63,659 nucleotides of DNA, filler included, from 7 parts of 7 records of this genome joined end to end with filler, not necessarily neighbours in it, one strand, 5' to 3'. Positions 52,733-62,509 are shown, counted from the first letter of the whole stretch. Translations and numbers: made by a program. The notes: generated by a model from the letters alone, not told the origin.

Positions 52733-53657
52733 GTGACCTCCTTTTTGTATTGTTAAAGCATTTTGCGCAGCTGATGTTTTCTGGTTTGAGCTTTTTGTTT
52801 ACAATGTCCTGTGAGATTGTCGGACGTGATATTTCAGCCAGACCAGACTCAGTCAATTCAATGACACAATCTGTTTGCACATCTAATAAAAAGTCCTGGT
52901 GATTTCCGCAGGTTGAGCATTTGGGGATTTTAATTCCGGTTGGCAACTCCATTTCAATGATGGATTCTTTTTCATCGAACATGGCAATGTCCTTTGGCCT
53001 GTAAACAAGCCATGGAATGTAGATGTAGGCGTTTACCAGAGCTATCTTGCATATCAGAGGATGAATGTCAACGCCATGCAGATTCAAAGAATAATTTGAC
53101 GCGTACAGAAGCATAACTCCAGTGCCGCAGCATGGATCTATTACAGACTTATTTTTATGTATAGGTTCCGGATCCCCGCCAAATGTCATTCTGGTCATCA
53201 TTTCCACGACTGATGGGGGTGTGGGAAAATAACCGGATCCGCTGCCAACCTGATGATCAGAGGCAATAGTGGCAAAGTGATCTCCTGGTTCTTCATAGAA
53301 AAGCCACAGGCAGAATGTCCGATACCAATAATCATCAGTCTTTTCGTCAATTGACGGAAACTTGAGATTATTTTTATAATTGAATCCCCATAATATCCAG
53401 TCAATGAATTTTTCAAATACATTGGAATGAGAGTGCATCGCATAGTTTAGACATTTTTCAATGTTTTTCCGGACTTTTTGACTGTTAGCATCAGGTTGAA
53501 AGCGAATGTAAGGAATGGGAGCATCAGGGATTTTATCATCGATGACCGCTTTCATCCAATAGTCCCATCTGTTAAAGAACATCTGATCCAAAGCCATTAA
53601 ATAGGGGACTAGCCAACCCGGACGATCTTTTGTAGATCTTATGTCAGAATCTTTCAT
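52704..53657 (-). CDS. N6-adenine methyltransferase-like SAM-binding domain fused to a Zn ribbon
   Basis: GYFPTP (motif X), DPCCGTG (motif I), GVDI (motif II); no NPPY/F; CSTCGN..CAKC. Confidence 0.8.
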   Translation of the reverse strand: MKDSDIRSTKDRPGWLVPYLMALDQMFFNRWDYWMKAVIDDKIPDAPIPYIRFQPDANSQKVRKNIEKCLNYAMHSHSNVFEKFIDWILWGFNYKNNLKFPSIDEKTDDYWYRTFCLWLFYEEPGDHFATIASDHQVGSGSGYFPTPPSVVEMMTRMTFGGDPEPIHKNKSVIDPCCGTGVMLLYASNYSLNLHGVDIHPLICKIALVNAYIYIPWLVYRPKDIAMFDEKESIIEMELPTGIKIPKCSTCGNHQDFLLDVQTDCVIELTESGLAEISRPTISQDIVNKKLKPENISCAKCFNNTKRRSRENIMSEMR

Positions 53658-53680
53658 TGAAAGAAGCTCCTTTAGATAAT

Positions 53681-53713
53681 AAAAAAGGCCGCAGACAAAA
53701 TTGCCTGCGACCT
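53681..53713 (-). terminator. Intrinsic terminator
   Basis: GGTCGCAGGCAA/TTGTCTGCGGCC plus T6 on the minus strand. Confidence 0.8.
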
Positions 53714-53740
53714 CATTGTTCCCCCGTGTAAAAAAGTTAT

Positions 53741-54274
53741 TTAATCATCATCGCCATAGCCGGCATCACGAATGAGTTCAGTTAGTGTAATAGCGTAATG
53801 CTGCCGGACCTGCTCAAGCCCATAGTCATAGTGAGGGCACATAGTAAAACAATACTCTTCATCCACGTCGCCGCTGTTTTGTTTAATGCATTCCTCGCAC
53901 AGCTCCCGAAGCAGATCCTCTTCTATCCAGTTTCCACAGTCCCAGCAGCCCGGACAGCCAAGATTGTAACAAGTCTCGATGGCATTATCATGCATATCCA
54001 GTTCAGCGTTACCGCAATTGGCGCAATGAAAAATATTACGGCTCCCCTCAATCGATCTATTCAGCATACGAGAGATGTTTTTTTCAATGGCGGCCAATAT
54101 TTTCCTGGTTCTCATGTTATCCACTTCAACAGCGAGACCATCATCGAGACATTCAACTATGTGACGCAGTCTGAGATCCATTTGCCATTGATTTGTGTTA
54201 CCACAGTAATGGCAATAGAGATTATTTATCGCATCCCTGCGTTCCTCAGGCGCGAATACTTTAACCTCTCTCAT
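53741..54274 (-). CDS. Cysteine-rich multi-Zn-finger protein
   Basis: CHYCGN..CANCG, C..LGCPGCWDC, CEEC, C..MC.HY. Confidence 0.75.
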   Translation of the reverse strand: MREVKVFAPEERRDAINNLYCHYCGNTNQWQMDLRLRHIVECLDDGLAVEVDNMRTRKILAAIEKNISRMLNRSIEGSRNIFHCANCGNAELDMHDNAIETCYNLGCPGCWDCGNWIEEDLLRELCEECIKQNSGDVDEEYCFTMCPHYDYGLEQVRQHYAITLTELIRDAGYGDDD

Positions 54275-54513
54275 TTTTGCTGCAATGTATTGACAACAAC
54301 CTTGGCCAAAGAGGCGATGGCCGATGCCACCTCAGCTGTTAGCTGCAGCTTATTAGAGATTGCTTCGGTTTTTTTATCTTTGATCTGCCGCCTGATATCA
54401 TTGCCAAGCAGATAGACATTGGATGTCAGAATCATTGAATTACTCAACAGGCTGGCCATTTTGACCATCGCCTGTGAATTGATATTGATTCTCAGTTTTG
54501 TCCTATCTTTCAT
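54271..54513 (-). CDS. Hypothetical small helical protein
   Basis: 80 aa; ATGA-coupled to both neighbours. Confidence 0.65.
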   Translation of the reverse strand: MKDRTKLRININSQAMVKMASLLSNSMILTSNVYLLGNDIRRQIKDKKTEAISNKLQLTAEVASAIASLAKVVVNTLQQK

Positions 54514-54653
54514 ATGTCCCTCACACGTGGACGTAGAATGAGAAAACGTAATGACTCTACGATGAGCACACCGATGCCCATCCAGCCAATTACTTCTTTG
54601 GCTTTTCGGATATCATCGTCGTAGACAATGAATCCATTTTCTTTTCTTTCCAT
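54510..54653 (-). CDS. Small membrane protein (47 aa), not in the ORF track
   Basis: GGAGG RBS; MERKENGFIVYDDDIRKAKEVIGWMGIGVLIVESLRFLILRPRVRDI; ATGA overlap with the next gene. Confidence 0.6.
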   Translation of the reverse strand: MERKENGFIVYDDDIRKAKEVIGWMGIGVLIVESLRFLILRPRVRDI

Positions 54654-54880
54654 AGAGTTGGTTGACCTCCATCAATAAAATTGTTAACAAGTGTAATAGC
54701 CGCTTCAATTAAAGCTTTCTGCCTTTTGTATTTGGCATAATCACGCGCAAAGACGATGCCTGCGCCAACGGCCAATGTTCCGATGGTGAGACTGCCAAAG
54801 GTAAAGATCACGTGCCGAAGAGAAACCTCGATGATGTGATCATCTGATTCAGGCGGAAGTTTTGATTTGTTATCACTCAT
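54590..54880 (-). CDS. Small single-TM protein
   Basis: 96 aa; hydrophobic VIFTFGSLTIGTLAVGAGIVFA followed by basic residues. Confidence 0.65.
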   Translation of the reverse strand: MSDNKSKLPPESDDHIIEVSLRHVIFTFGSLTIGTLAVGAGIVFARDYAKYKRQKALIEAAITLVNNFIDGGQPTLWKEKKMDSLSTTMISEKPKK

Positions 54881-55026
54881 GCGATACCTTTTTGTTCATC
54901 ACCATGTACAGCTTTGATAATCTGCATCGTTGTAAACACAATTCCAAAAATCATAGAGCCAATCTGAGCAACAAGCTCGACCTTGTCAGAAAGATTCGAT
55001 GTTTTCGGGGGATTTACTTTTTCCAT
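54877..55026 (-). CDS. Small membrane protein (49 aa), not in the ORF track
   Basis: AAGGAG RBS; MEKVNPPKTSNLSDKVELVAQIGSMIFGIVFTTMQIIKAVHGDEQKGIA; ATGA overlap. Confidence 0.6.
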   Translation of the reverse strand: MEKVNPPKTSNLSDKVELVAQIGSMIFGIVFTTMQIIKAVHGDEQKGIA

Positions 55027-55030
55027 GTTA

Positions 55031-55291
55031 TCACTCCTTTTTAAAAGTTAATTTATTACTGCTAAAGGATAACCCACTGACCCGATAGGGGATATCGAGG
55101 CCAGTGAGATGAATAGTCATCGTGTCAGGTTTGATTTTTAATACAGGTGAGTCATTGGGGTGGGTAATTTTTAAAACTTTGCTGCCTTTCATTGTAAGAA
55201 AGGGCCTATTGTTGACGTTGATGTAAAAGATGAATTGTTCTTTTTTAGAGCTGTCCGGTTTAATTCCGAGTTCAATCTCATCAGGTAAAAT
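55031..55291 (-). CDS. Hypothetical 86-aa protein with probable ATT start
   Basis: AAAGGAGGTGAT SD; ATT 8 nt after GGAGG; in-frame TAA immediately upstream; frame open to TGA 55031. Confidence 0.5.
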   Translation of the reverse strand: MLPDEIELGIKPDSSKKEQFIFYINVNNRPFLTMKGSKVLKITHPNDSPVLKIKPDTMTIHLTGLDIPYRVSGLSFSSNKLTFKKE

Positions 55292-55368
55292 TTATATCAC
55301 CTCCTTTAGATTTGATAAATAAGGGTACCTATTTTAGTTCTTATACCGGGAAATAAGGAAAAATAAAC

Positions 55369-55384
55369 GTTCTCAGCTGAGAAC
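55369..55384. promoter_or_regulatory. Perfect 16-bp palindrome, possible operator
   Basis: GTTCTCAGCTGAGAAC upstream of the first gene of the minus-strand cluster. Confidence 0.45.
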
Positions 55385-55429
55385 TTTCAAAACTACAAGT
55401 ACCGATAAAGCGTTGCTCTTGACACCCCC

Positions 55430-55529
55430 NNNNNNNNNNNNNNNNNNNNNNNNNNNNNNNNNNNNNNNNNNNNTTAATTAATTAANNNNNNNNNNNNNNN
55501 NNNNNNNNNNNNNNNNNNNNNNNNNNNNN
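55430..55529. other. Artificial contig spacer
   Basis: N-run with TTAATTAATTAA. Confidence 0.98.
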
Positions 55530-55645
55530 CCGGAATCAGGCGCGACAATGGCATTCACCTTTGCCTGTTTTTTCTCCTGCGCTGTTGCCATGGAGCTGAG
55601 CACTACTACAATGAGCAAGATCAATATTTTAGCTGTCTGTATCAT
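55530..55645 (-). CDS. N-terminus of a secreted protein (3' truncated)
   Basis: AGGAGG RBS; signal peptide MIQTAKILILLIVVVLSSMATA. Confidence 0.6.
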
Positions 55646-55804
55646 GTCTGTTCCTCCTTCAAGTTCATCATTTTAAGAGCATGATATTTCAACAATTTAC
55701 CTATAATCTTGATTTTTGAACACCACGACAAATGAAATATTCATATTTTTAAAATACCATTTCGAGTTCTTTAAATCAGATAGATAGAATAAATATCATT
55801 AAAA

Positions 55805-56215
55805 TTAAAAATGATATAACATAACATATACTATAACACCACTAATAGAGACAAAAATCCAAACCGGCCATACCCATCGAACAACCTTTTTATGTTTTTC
55901 ATATTCTGTACGCAGGGCATACCATAATGCCATAAAAATAAAAGGAACCATTAATGTCGCTAAAATGATATGGGGTATGAGAATACTAAAATATATCGGC
56001 CTTGTCCAGCCATGATACGGATATGGAACAGAACCCACGTTATAATGATAAATCACATACGAAAATAAAAATAGAGCTGATGTAAAAAGGGCCAGCAACA
56101 TGATCTTTTTATGCAAAATAACGTCTTTTTTCTTTTTGATTTGAAAATATCCGGCCAATAACAAGATGCAACTCGTCGTATTGAGTACGGCATTCAATGC
56201 CGGTACACTATTCAT
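55805..56215 (-). CDS. DUF420 (CtaM-like) oxidase assembly membrane protein
   Basis: PALNA.LN, H...M, LFL.SY..YH, H..LA, W..VS.SG..VY. Confidence 0.88.
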   Translation of the reverse strand: MNSVPALNAVLNTTSCILLLAGYFQIKKKKDVILHKKIMLLALFTSALFLFSYVIYHYNVGSVPYPYHGWTRPIYFSILIPHIILATLMVPFIFMALWYALRTEYEKHKKVVRWVWPVWIFVSISGVIVYVMLYHF

Positions 56216-56808
56216 TATATCATCCTCTTTTCCAATAATCCTCTAATATGTTTTTCCAATATATTTATACTTTCTTCATCCAGGCCATCATAATATCCTC
56301 TTATAAAACCAGCATCATCCACTAATACAAATCGTGTTGAATGTCCCATCGGCAAATTCTCCGCGGCTAATTTGAATCCGTGTTCAGATAATTCAATGAC
56401 CTGTTCAATCGGGGCTCTCAGAAAATGCCATCGATTGTCATTGACACCCTGGTCTTTAGCATATTTTTTTAAAACTTCAGAGTTATCTCTTTGTGGATCC
56501 ACTGTAATTGAAATAAAGTGTACATGCTCTGACGCTTTAAACAACTTGTAAAGATGAGACATTTTTGAACTCATAATCGGGCAGGCACCCTGACAATTTG
56601 TAAAAATAAAATTAACAATATTTATCTGACCCATCAGATTATCTTTACCAAAAGGTTGGCCATGCATTTCCATAAAATTAAAATCAGGTACTTTTCCCAG
56701 GTTGGGTAAAGTGGCGACCGACTGATTTGACTTACAGTTACTTACTAATGTGACAGCGACTAGTAGAATAACAAAAACAGTTCGAGTTACAGTTTTAATT
56801 GACGGCAT
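56215..56808 (-). CDS. SCO family copper chaperone
   Basis: FTNCQGACP, SITVDP..D, HS..FVLVD..G.IRG.Y. Confidence 0.92.
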   Translation of the reverse strand: MPSIKTVTRTVFVILLVAVTLVSNCKSNQSVATLPNLGKVPDFNFMEMHGQPFGKDNLMGQINIVNFIFTNCQGACPIMSSKMSHLYKLFKASEHVHFISITVDPQRDNSEVLKKYAKDQGVNDNRWHFLRAPIEQVIELSEHGFKLAAENLPMGHSTRFVLVDDAGFIRGYYDGLDEESINILEKHIRGLLEKRMI

Positions 56809-57739
56809 ATTTTTGCATCCCTGCTTTTTTTAAATCCATGTATATAAGAAGTAAGGTCCCGATATACAAGCTGGCGATCCATAAATGAAACAATTTTGAT
56901 AATGCGGGTAAACCGGCAAAAGTCATTATTAAACCTAATAATATTTGAGTAAAAACAAGTCCCATGGCAAGCCATGTCATTCTGACAACAGAATGAGGTG
57001 AACGGTATTTTCTTTTTAACAAAAAACACCCCATCCCCAACGTACCTATGGCTATAATTAAACCGAGTGTTTTGTGTATTTCATCTACAATTCCGATTTT
57101 ATCCATCAAGTCGGAATTTTGTAAAAGAGGGTAATTTTGCGCCAATATCTCAATAGAGGATCTAACCTGAGTTCCAAGTATAATCTGAATTATAACGATA
57201 CTCCATAGAAATAAAATTATCCATTGAAACGAGTCTGGAATAAGGGATTTTGACTGGCTGTCAACATCAGGACTAAAATGAACCTGCGGAAGGATGTATA
57301 AAAGAAGGCTAATGATAATAAATGCCACCCCCATATGAATCGAAACGATTAATGGCTTTAGTTCTGTACTAACGACTTGTCCTCCCAACCATCCCTGAAT
57401 AGCAACCAAAATAGCAGCAAGTAATGCCGGAAAAAGTATGCTATATTTACGACGATAATACCGAATCGCCAATACAGCTGTAACAAGTATTAATAAACCA
57501 ACAATCATTCCTGCCAGCCGGTTAACATACTCGAGCCATGCCAAAGTAAAATTAAATTGTTCTGGATCAAAATGAGATGGTAATTGACTCACATTTGTAG
57601 GCGGAATCCACCGATCGAAACATTTTGGCCAATCCGGGCATCCAAGGCCGGCACCTGAGACACGTACTAATCCTCCTAACAGAATTAACAGATAAGTAGC
57701 AATAACAGAATAGAGCGAAAAAGTTTTAAACGCCTTCAA
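56795..57739 (-). CDS. ctaA: Heme A synthase (COX15/CtaA)
   Basis: GG.VR..GAGLGCPDWPKC, EY.NR, QG.LG, conserved His residues. Confidence 0.9.
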   Translation of the reverse strand: MKAFKTFSLYSVIATYLLILLGGLVRVSGAGLGCPDWPKCFDRWIPPTNVSQLPSHFDPEQFNFTLAWLEYVNRLAGMIVGLLILVTAVLAIRYYRRKYSILFPALLAAILVAIQGWLGGQVVSTELKPLIVSIHMGVAFIIISLLLYILPQVHFSPDVDSQSKSLIPDSFQWIILFLWSIVIIQIILGTQVRSSIEILAQNYPLLQNSDLMDKIGIVDEIHKTLGLIIAIGTLGMGCFLLKRKYRSPHSVVRMTWLAMGLVFTQILLGLIMTFAGLPALSKLFHLWIASLYIGTLLLIYMDLKKAGMQKYAVN

Positions 57740-57878
57740 GTTAATCTCCTTGTCTCTGTTTTAATTCAGCATCTTTTTAAAAGGCTATTTTATTTATTCA
57801 CACTTTTTGAAACGTCATTGCATGTGAATTTTATGTCCGCAGTATAAATATTTTTTAATTAGATAACATCGACTTTTC

Positions 57879-58271
57879 TTAGTGATGTGCCTCATCTGTT
57901 GTTCGGGTCGAGTCTTGTTTTAATTGCTCGTAGATAGGAGCCTCTTTATTTATAGGGCCTGCTTTAATCTCATAAATATCCGCTCTACGCAGAGTATCGA
58001 ACATGGTTAGTGCTATAAAAATACCAACAAATAAAAGACCGGCCGAGAAAATAAATAAATTCAGTTTTTTATCATGCCACAGATGCATAAAGAAAAAAGC
58101 GACTAATAAAGCCTTAAAAGTGGCAATCCCCACTGCCGCAATGGCATTAAATCCTCCCATATCTACAAAGGAGAGTAAAACAGTGAAAGCCGTTAGTACA
58201 AAAAGCGCACCTGCGATGCCAATATATAATTTAACTGAAGAAACATGCTCTTTTAATGCTTCATTTTTCAT
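57879..58271 (-). CDS. ctaF: Cytochrome c oxidase subunit IV
   Basis: LT..TV, IA..KA.LV..FFMHL. Confidence 0.9.
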   Translation of the reverse strand: MKNEALKEHVSSVKLYIGIAGALFVLTAFTVLLSFVDMGGFNAIAAVGIATFKALLVAFFFMHLWHDKKLNLFIFSAGLLFVGIFIALTMFDTLRRADIYEIKAGPINKEAPIYEQLKQDSTRTTDEAHH

Positions 58272-58274
58272 AAT

Positions 58275-58921
58275 TCAACCTATAAGATATAAAAGTGGGA
58301 ATAGATAGATCCAGATTAAATCAACCAAATGCCAGTAAAGCCCTGTGAGCTCCACAGGCGTATAGTATTCACTGGAATATCTGTTTTTCATGGTATTAAC
58401 TAAAACCCAGGTGATAATCCCCATACCAATGAGTACATGGATGCCATGAAGTGCTGTCATTGAAAAATATATACTGAAGAATATATGAGGATTTGTTCCT
58501 TCGATTCCAGTAAATGTGTAAAACCTGCCAGGTAATTGTCCCAAATGAATTTTATGACCATATTCAAAATACTTGATAACCAGAAAGACAGAAGCAAAAA
58601 TTAACGTGAGTATCAAAAAGAAACAGCATGTTTTGATTTATTAACCTGCAATCTGTTGATGGCCAACGCCATGGTCAAAGAACTGGATATGAGAACCAAC
58701 GTATTAATCGTTCCCAAACGAACATCAAGAACTTTATGGGCGTTTATGAACATGTCCGGATTCCATGCTCTGAACACAGAATAGGCACAGAACAAACCTC
58801 CAAATAAAAGCATTTCTGTGAGAAGGAAAATCCACATACCCAGCTTGGCAGACTCTTTTTGTTGTCCGGCATCGCTAAAATGATGTGCCAAATGAGCAGG
58901 GTGATCTGGTGCAGAACTCAT
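58275..58921 (-). CDS. ctaE: Cytochrome c oxidase subunit III (frameshift at 58615-58619)
   Basis: GMWIFL.TE..LFGG, NT.VLI.SS, then T.LHG.HV, YWHLVD.IW in the second frame. Confidence 0.9.
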
Positions 58922-58937
58922 ACACTATTCCCTTAAC

Positions 58938-60548
58938 TTAGACGTTATCACGAACTCCTAATACCCGATCAAAATCATAGGGTCCATGTGTAATATTTGG
59001 TATCTGATCAAAATTACCATGTGGTGGTGGTGACTCTGTAGTCCATTCCAGGGTCAATGCGCCCCATGGATTTTTACCTGCCTTTTTACCTTTGAAAAGT
59101 GAGTAAAAAAGATAACCGCCCATTATTAAAAATCCAATCGCCATTACCCAGGATCCTGAGGATGAAAATGCATGTAACGGTTGAAATTGATCGAGATAAC
59201 TATAATATCTTCTGGGCATTCCTTTCGTACCCAGAATAAACTGTGTAAAAAAAGTGAGATTAAAACCGATAAAAACCAGTATCGCAGCTATCTTTGCCCA
59301 GAATTCACTATAAAGCTTGCCAAATATTTTAGGCCACCAATAATGTAATCCGGCCAGAAAAGCCATTACCGTCCCCCCCATCATGACATAATGAAAATGG
59401 GCCACAACAAAATAAGTATCATGCAAGTGAACATCCAAGGCAAGAGCACCCAGAAAGATACCTGTTAAACCACCAATGGTAAAAAGAAAAAGGAATGAGA
59501 GAGTATACAGCATTGGAGCTTCCAAAGTGATCTGGCCTTTATAAAGAGTGGCAAGCCAGTTAAATACTTTGATACCTGATGGAATTCCTACCAGAAAGGT
59601 GAGAAAAGAAAAAATCATAGCTGCAATTTCTGATTGACCACTGGTGAACATATGGTGTCCCCATACCAGGAAACTCACAAATGCGATCGCCAAACTTGAA
59701 AAAGCGATGGCATTATAGCCAAATATTTTTCTGTGTGAAAATACAGAGATGGTCTCACTAATGATACCCATTCCCGGTAATATCATAATATATACAGCAG
59801 GATGTGAGTAAAACCAGAAAAAATGTTGAAAAAGAACCGGATCGCCACCCATTGCCGGGTCAAATATACCAATGCCAAATGCTCTTTCGAGAATAAGCAG
59901 AACAAGTGTGATGGCCAGAACCGGTGTTGCCAGAACCTGAATGATAGCCGTGGCATATATTCCCCAAATAAATAATGGCTGTTTAAACCACGTTAATCCG
60001 GGTGCTCTTAATTTGTGAATGGTAACAATAAAATTTAATCCAGTAAAAATGGATGAAAATCCCAGAATAAACACACCAAGTGTCATAGAGATAACGGATG
60101 TTGTCGATTCCGTACTGTAGGGTGTATAGAATGTCCAGCCTGTATCCACAGCGCCGGTGAAAATGGAATACAAAGCAAATAGTGAACCGAAAACATAAAT
60201 ATAATAAGAAGCCAGATTGAGTCGTGGAAAGGCCACATCCTTAGCCCCAAGCATTAATGGTAATACAAAATTACCAAGAGCAGCAGGAATCCCGGGTATG
60301 ATGAAAAGAAAAATCATAATGGCCCCATGCAGCGTGAACATCTGATTATAAGTATCAGGGCCCATTATGTCCTCACCCGGATTAAAAAGTTCTAACCGGA
60401 TCAACATGGCCAACATGCCACCAATAAAAAAGAAAAACATGATGGAATATAAGTACATCAGGCCAATCCGCTTGTGGTCAAGAGTGAACAACCATGACTT
60501 TAGGCCTTTGGGATCTTTCAAGTAGCTCAAAGATATATCAGCGTTCAT
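58938..60548 (-). CDS. ctaD: Cytochrome c oxidase subunit I (A2 type)
   Basis: [30 protein letters not shown]. Confidence 0.97.
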   Translation of the reverse strand: MNADISLSYLKDPKGLKSWLFTLDHKRIGLMYLYSIMFFFFIGGMLAMLIRLELFNPGEDIMGPDTYNQMFTLHGAIMIFLFIIPGIPAALGNFVLPLMLGAKDVAFPRLNLASYYIYVFGSLFALYSIFTGAVDTGWTFYTPYSTESTTSVISMTLGVFILGFSSIFTGLNFIVTIHKLRAPGLTWFKQPLFIWGIYATAIIQVLATPVLAITLVLLILERAFGIGIFDPAMGGDPVLFQHFFWFYSHPAVYIMILPGMGIISETISVFSHRKIFGYNAIAFSSLAIAFVSFLVWGHHMFTSGQSEIAAMIFSFLTFLVGIPSGIKVFNWLATLYKGQITLEAPMLYTLSFLFLFTIGGLTGIFLGALALDVHLHDTYFVVAHFHYVMMGGTVMAFLAGLHYWWPKIFGKLYSEFWAKIAAILVFIGFNLTFFTQFILGTKGMPRRYYSYLDQFQPLHAFSSSGSWVMAIGFLIMGGYLFYSLFKGKKAGKNPWGALTLEWTTESPPPHGNFDQIPNITHGPYDFDRVLGVRDNV

Positions 60549-60559
60549 TATATTATCCT

Positions 60560-61516
60560 TTACTGATCCTGTAGAGATTTTATATATTCAATAAGAGCAT
60601 CTAATTCTCTGTCCTTTAACAGACCCTGATAAGAGGGCATAACAGGCTGATACCCTTGTGTAACCTTTGCCATTGGATTAAGTATAGATTCCCGTATATA
60701 ATTTTCATCAATCATAATCTGGGTGCCATCTTCCATAGCTTGTTGTGTTCCAAATCGACCTTTAAAACTGGGTCCGATTCCCGGTGTACCATCATTCGAG
60801 TGGCATGTATTACACGCTTTTCTCGTATAAAGCCCTTGCCCAAAGTCAACAAGTGACATATCATCTCCAACACTTGAACTGGTTTCAATCCATTCATCAA
60901 ATTCTCTATCACCAACGACTTTGACTTTTCCGATCATCTCTGAATGGCCTGTTCCACAATATTCAGCACAAAACAGATCAAATGTGCCACGTTTTGTCGC
61001 TTCGAACCAGGTTACTGTATAGCGATTCGGTAATACATCCATTTTAATACGAAAACCAGGTACAAAAAAACTATGGATAACATCGGTTGAAGACATGTTC
61101 AGTTGAACAGGTTTTCCAAGCGGAACGACCAATTCATTAAGACTATTTACACCTTCCTTGACATAATCAAATGTCCAAAACCATTTCTGACCTGTGACCT
61201 TTACTTTTAAGGGATCTTTTGGCACAACATTCATTTTCAAATATGTTTTAAAGCCCCAGAAAAATACGATAAAAACAAGTATAACAGGAATGAGAGTCCA
61301 AAATATCTCAAGTTTAATATTGTGGGATGGTGCTGTATCTAATTGGCTCTCCACTCTTCTTCGGTAGCGGATAACAAAATACAAGGCACCCAAAACAACT
61401 ATTAAAAAAAAGACAATAGATGTATATAATACAAAATTAAAAAGAGCATCCACCTCAGATGCAATCGTTGAGCTTGGAGGTGGTAGAAAAATTGTACCAG
61501 TCGTATCATTGTTCAT
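60560..61516 (-). CDS. ctaC: Cytochrome c oxidase subunit II with fused cytochrome c (caa3)
   Basis: [16 protein letters not shown] (CuA), CNTCH heme c. Confidence 0.96.
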   Translation of the reverse strand: MNNDTTGTIFLPPPSSTIASEVDALFNFVLYTSIVFFLIVVLGALYFVIRYRRRVESQLDTAPSHNIKLEIFWTLIPVILVFIVFFWGFKTYLKMNVVPKDPLKVKVTGQKWFWTFDYVKEGVNSLNELVVPLGKPVQLNMSSTDVIHSFFVPGFRIKMDVLPNRYTVTWFEATKRGTFDLFCAEYCGTGHSEMIGKVKVVGDREFDEWIETSSSVGDDMSLVDFGQGLYTRKACNTCHSNDGTPGIGPSFKGRFGTQQAMEDGTQIMIDENYIRESILNPMAKVTQGYQPVMPSYQGLLKDRELDALIEYIKSLQDQ

Positions 61517-61541
61517 TTCGATTATTATCCCATATCAAATA

Positions 61542-62459
61542 TTACGTGTTAATATTTTTTCTTGTGTGTTCCCTGATCCAAAGCATACCTAAAAATAAGG
61601 ACAGCACAACAAGGGTTACTATTCCTCCGAGTTTCATTATATTCCCTGCGAAAACCACATACCCGCGGGAATTTGGATCATAATGAAAACAATACAAGAG
61701 CAATTTATCAACAGAATTGCCAATTCGTCCTTTGGACGCTTCCAACAGAGATAATCTGAGATCATTGGGATTGAATTCAATCCCGTACAGGTATCTTGAA
61801 ATTTTGCCCTCAGGTGTTAAAATATGTAGTACAGCCGGATGAGCATATTGATCTTTTTCTTTATCATAATAATAAATAAATCCCAAATCGTCTGCTAACT
61901 GCTTTACCTGTTTTTCCTGACTAACAAACCAGGTCCATCCTGTTTCAACACCTGGTTTATTTAAATTCTTTAAATAATTTTGTTTTTTTGCTAAAGCAAG
62001 ATCATGTGTTTCTCGTGGATCAATACTGATCGTGAGAATTGTATAATCCTGACCAGGTAAAAACGACAGATCTTTAGCTGCATTTGCAAATCCATTCAAG
62101 ACAAGAGAACACAGCATCGGACATCTGTAATATGCCAAAATTATTATAACCGGCTTACCTTGATTAAAAAACTGTGATAGCAATATCTGTTTACCAGTTT
62201 CATCGGTGAAAACAAGGTCCAAATCAATAGAATCTCCCAGTTGTTCAACAACATCAATCTTTTGCAGTTCTGCAGGAGTAAAATCGGTAACCTGAGCATG
62301 AGAAGTCAGTCGAAAGAAGAAAAGTGATAGAATAAGGAGATGAGATAGAAACAGAAGTTTATTAAGCAGAAAAGTGTGTGAGTGGCGTACCAGGACCTTC
62401 TTTTTTTGCCTGAAAAGATAAAATAGTATGTTCACATGATTAATCATGCTTTTTTCCAT
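61542..62459 (-). CDS. SCO family protein (ACIII/oxidase-associated)
   Basis: YYRCPMLC, SIDP, YAHP, SRYLYG, LLYCFHYDP. Confidence 0.9.
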   Translation of the reverse strand: MEKSMINHVNILFYLFRQKKKVLVRHSHTFLLNKLLFLSHLLILSLFFFRLTSHAQVTDFTPAELQKIDVVEQLGDSIDLDLVFTDETGKQILLSQFFNQGKPVIIILAYYRCPMLCSLVLNGFANAAKDLSFLPGQDYTILTISIDPRETHDLALAKKQNYLKNLNKPGVETGWTWFVSQEKQVKQLADDLGFIYYYDKEKDQYAHPAVLHILTPEGKISRYLYGIEFNPNDLRLSLLEASKGRIGNSVDKLLLYCFHYDPNSRGYVVFAGNIMKLGGIVTLVVLSLFLGMLWIREHTRKNINT

Positions 62460-62509
62460 TTATTCATTCCATCTGGCAAACATGTCAATGATGGAATTCT
62501 TATTAATGG

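Noticed and set aside
53798-54415. 205-aa plus-strand ORF
   Set aside because: Antisense shadow of the Cys-rich and 80-aa genes, which have coupling and motif support
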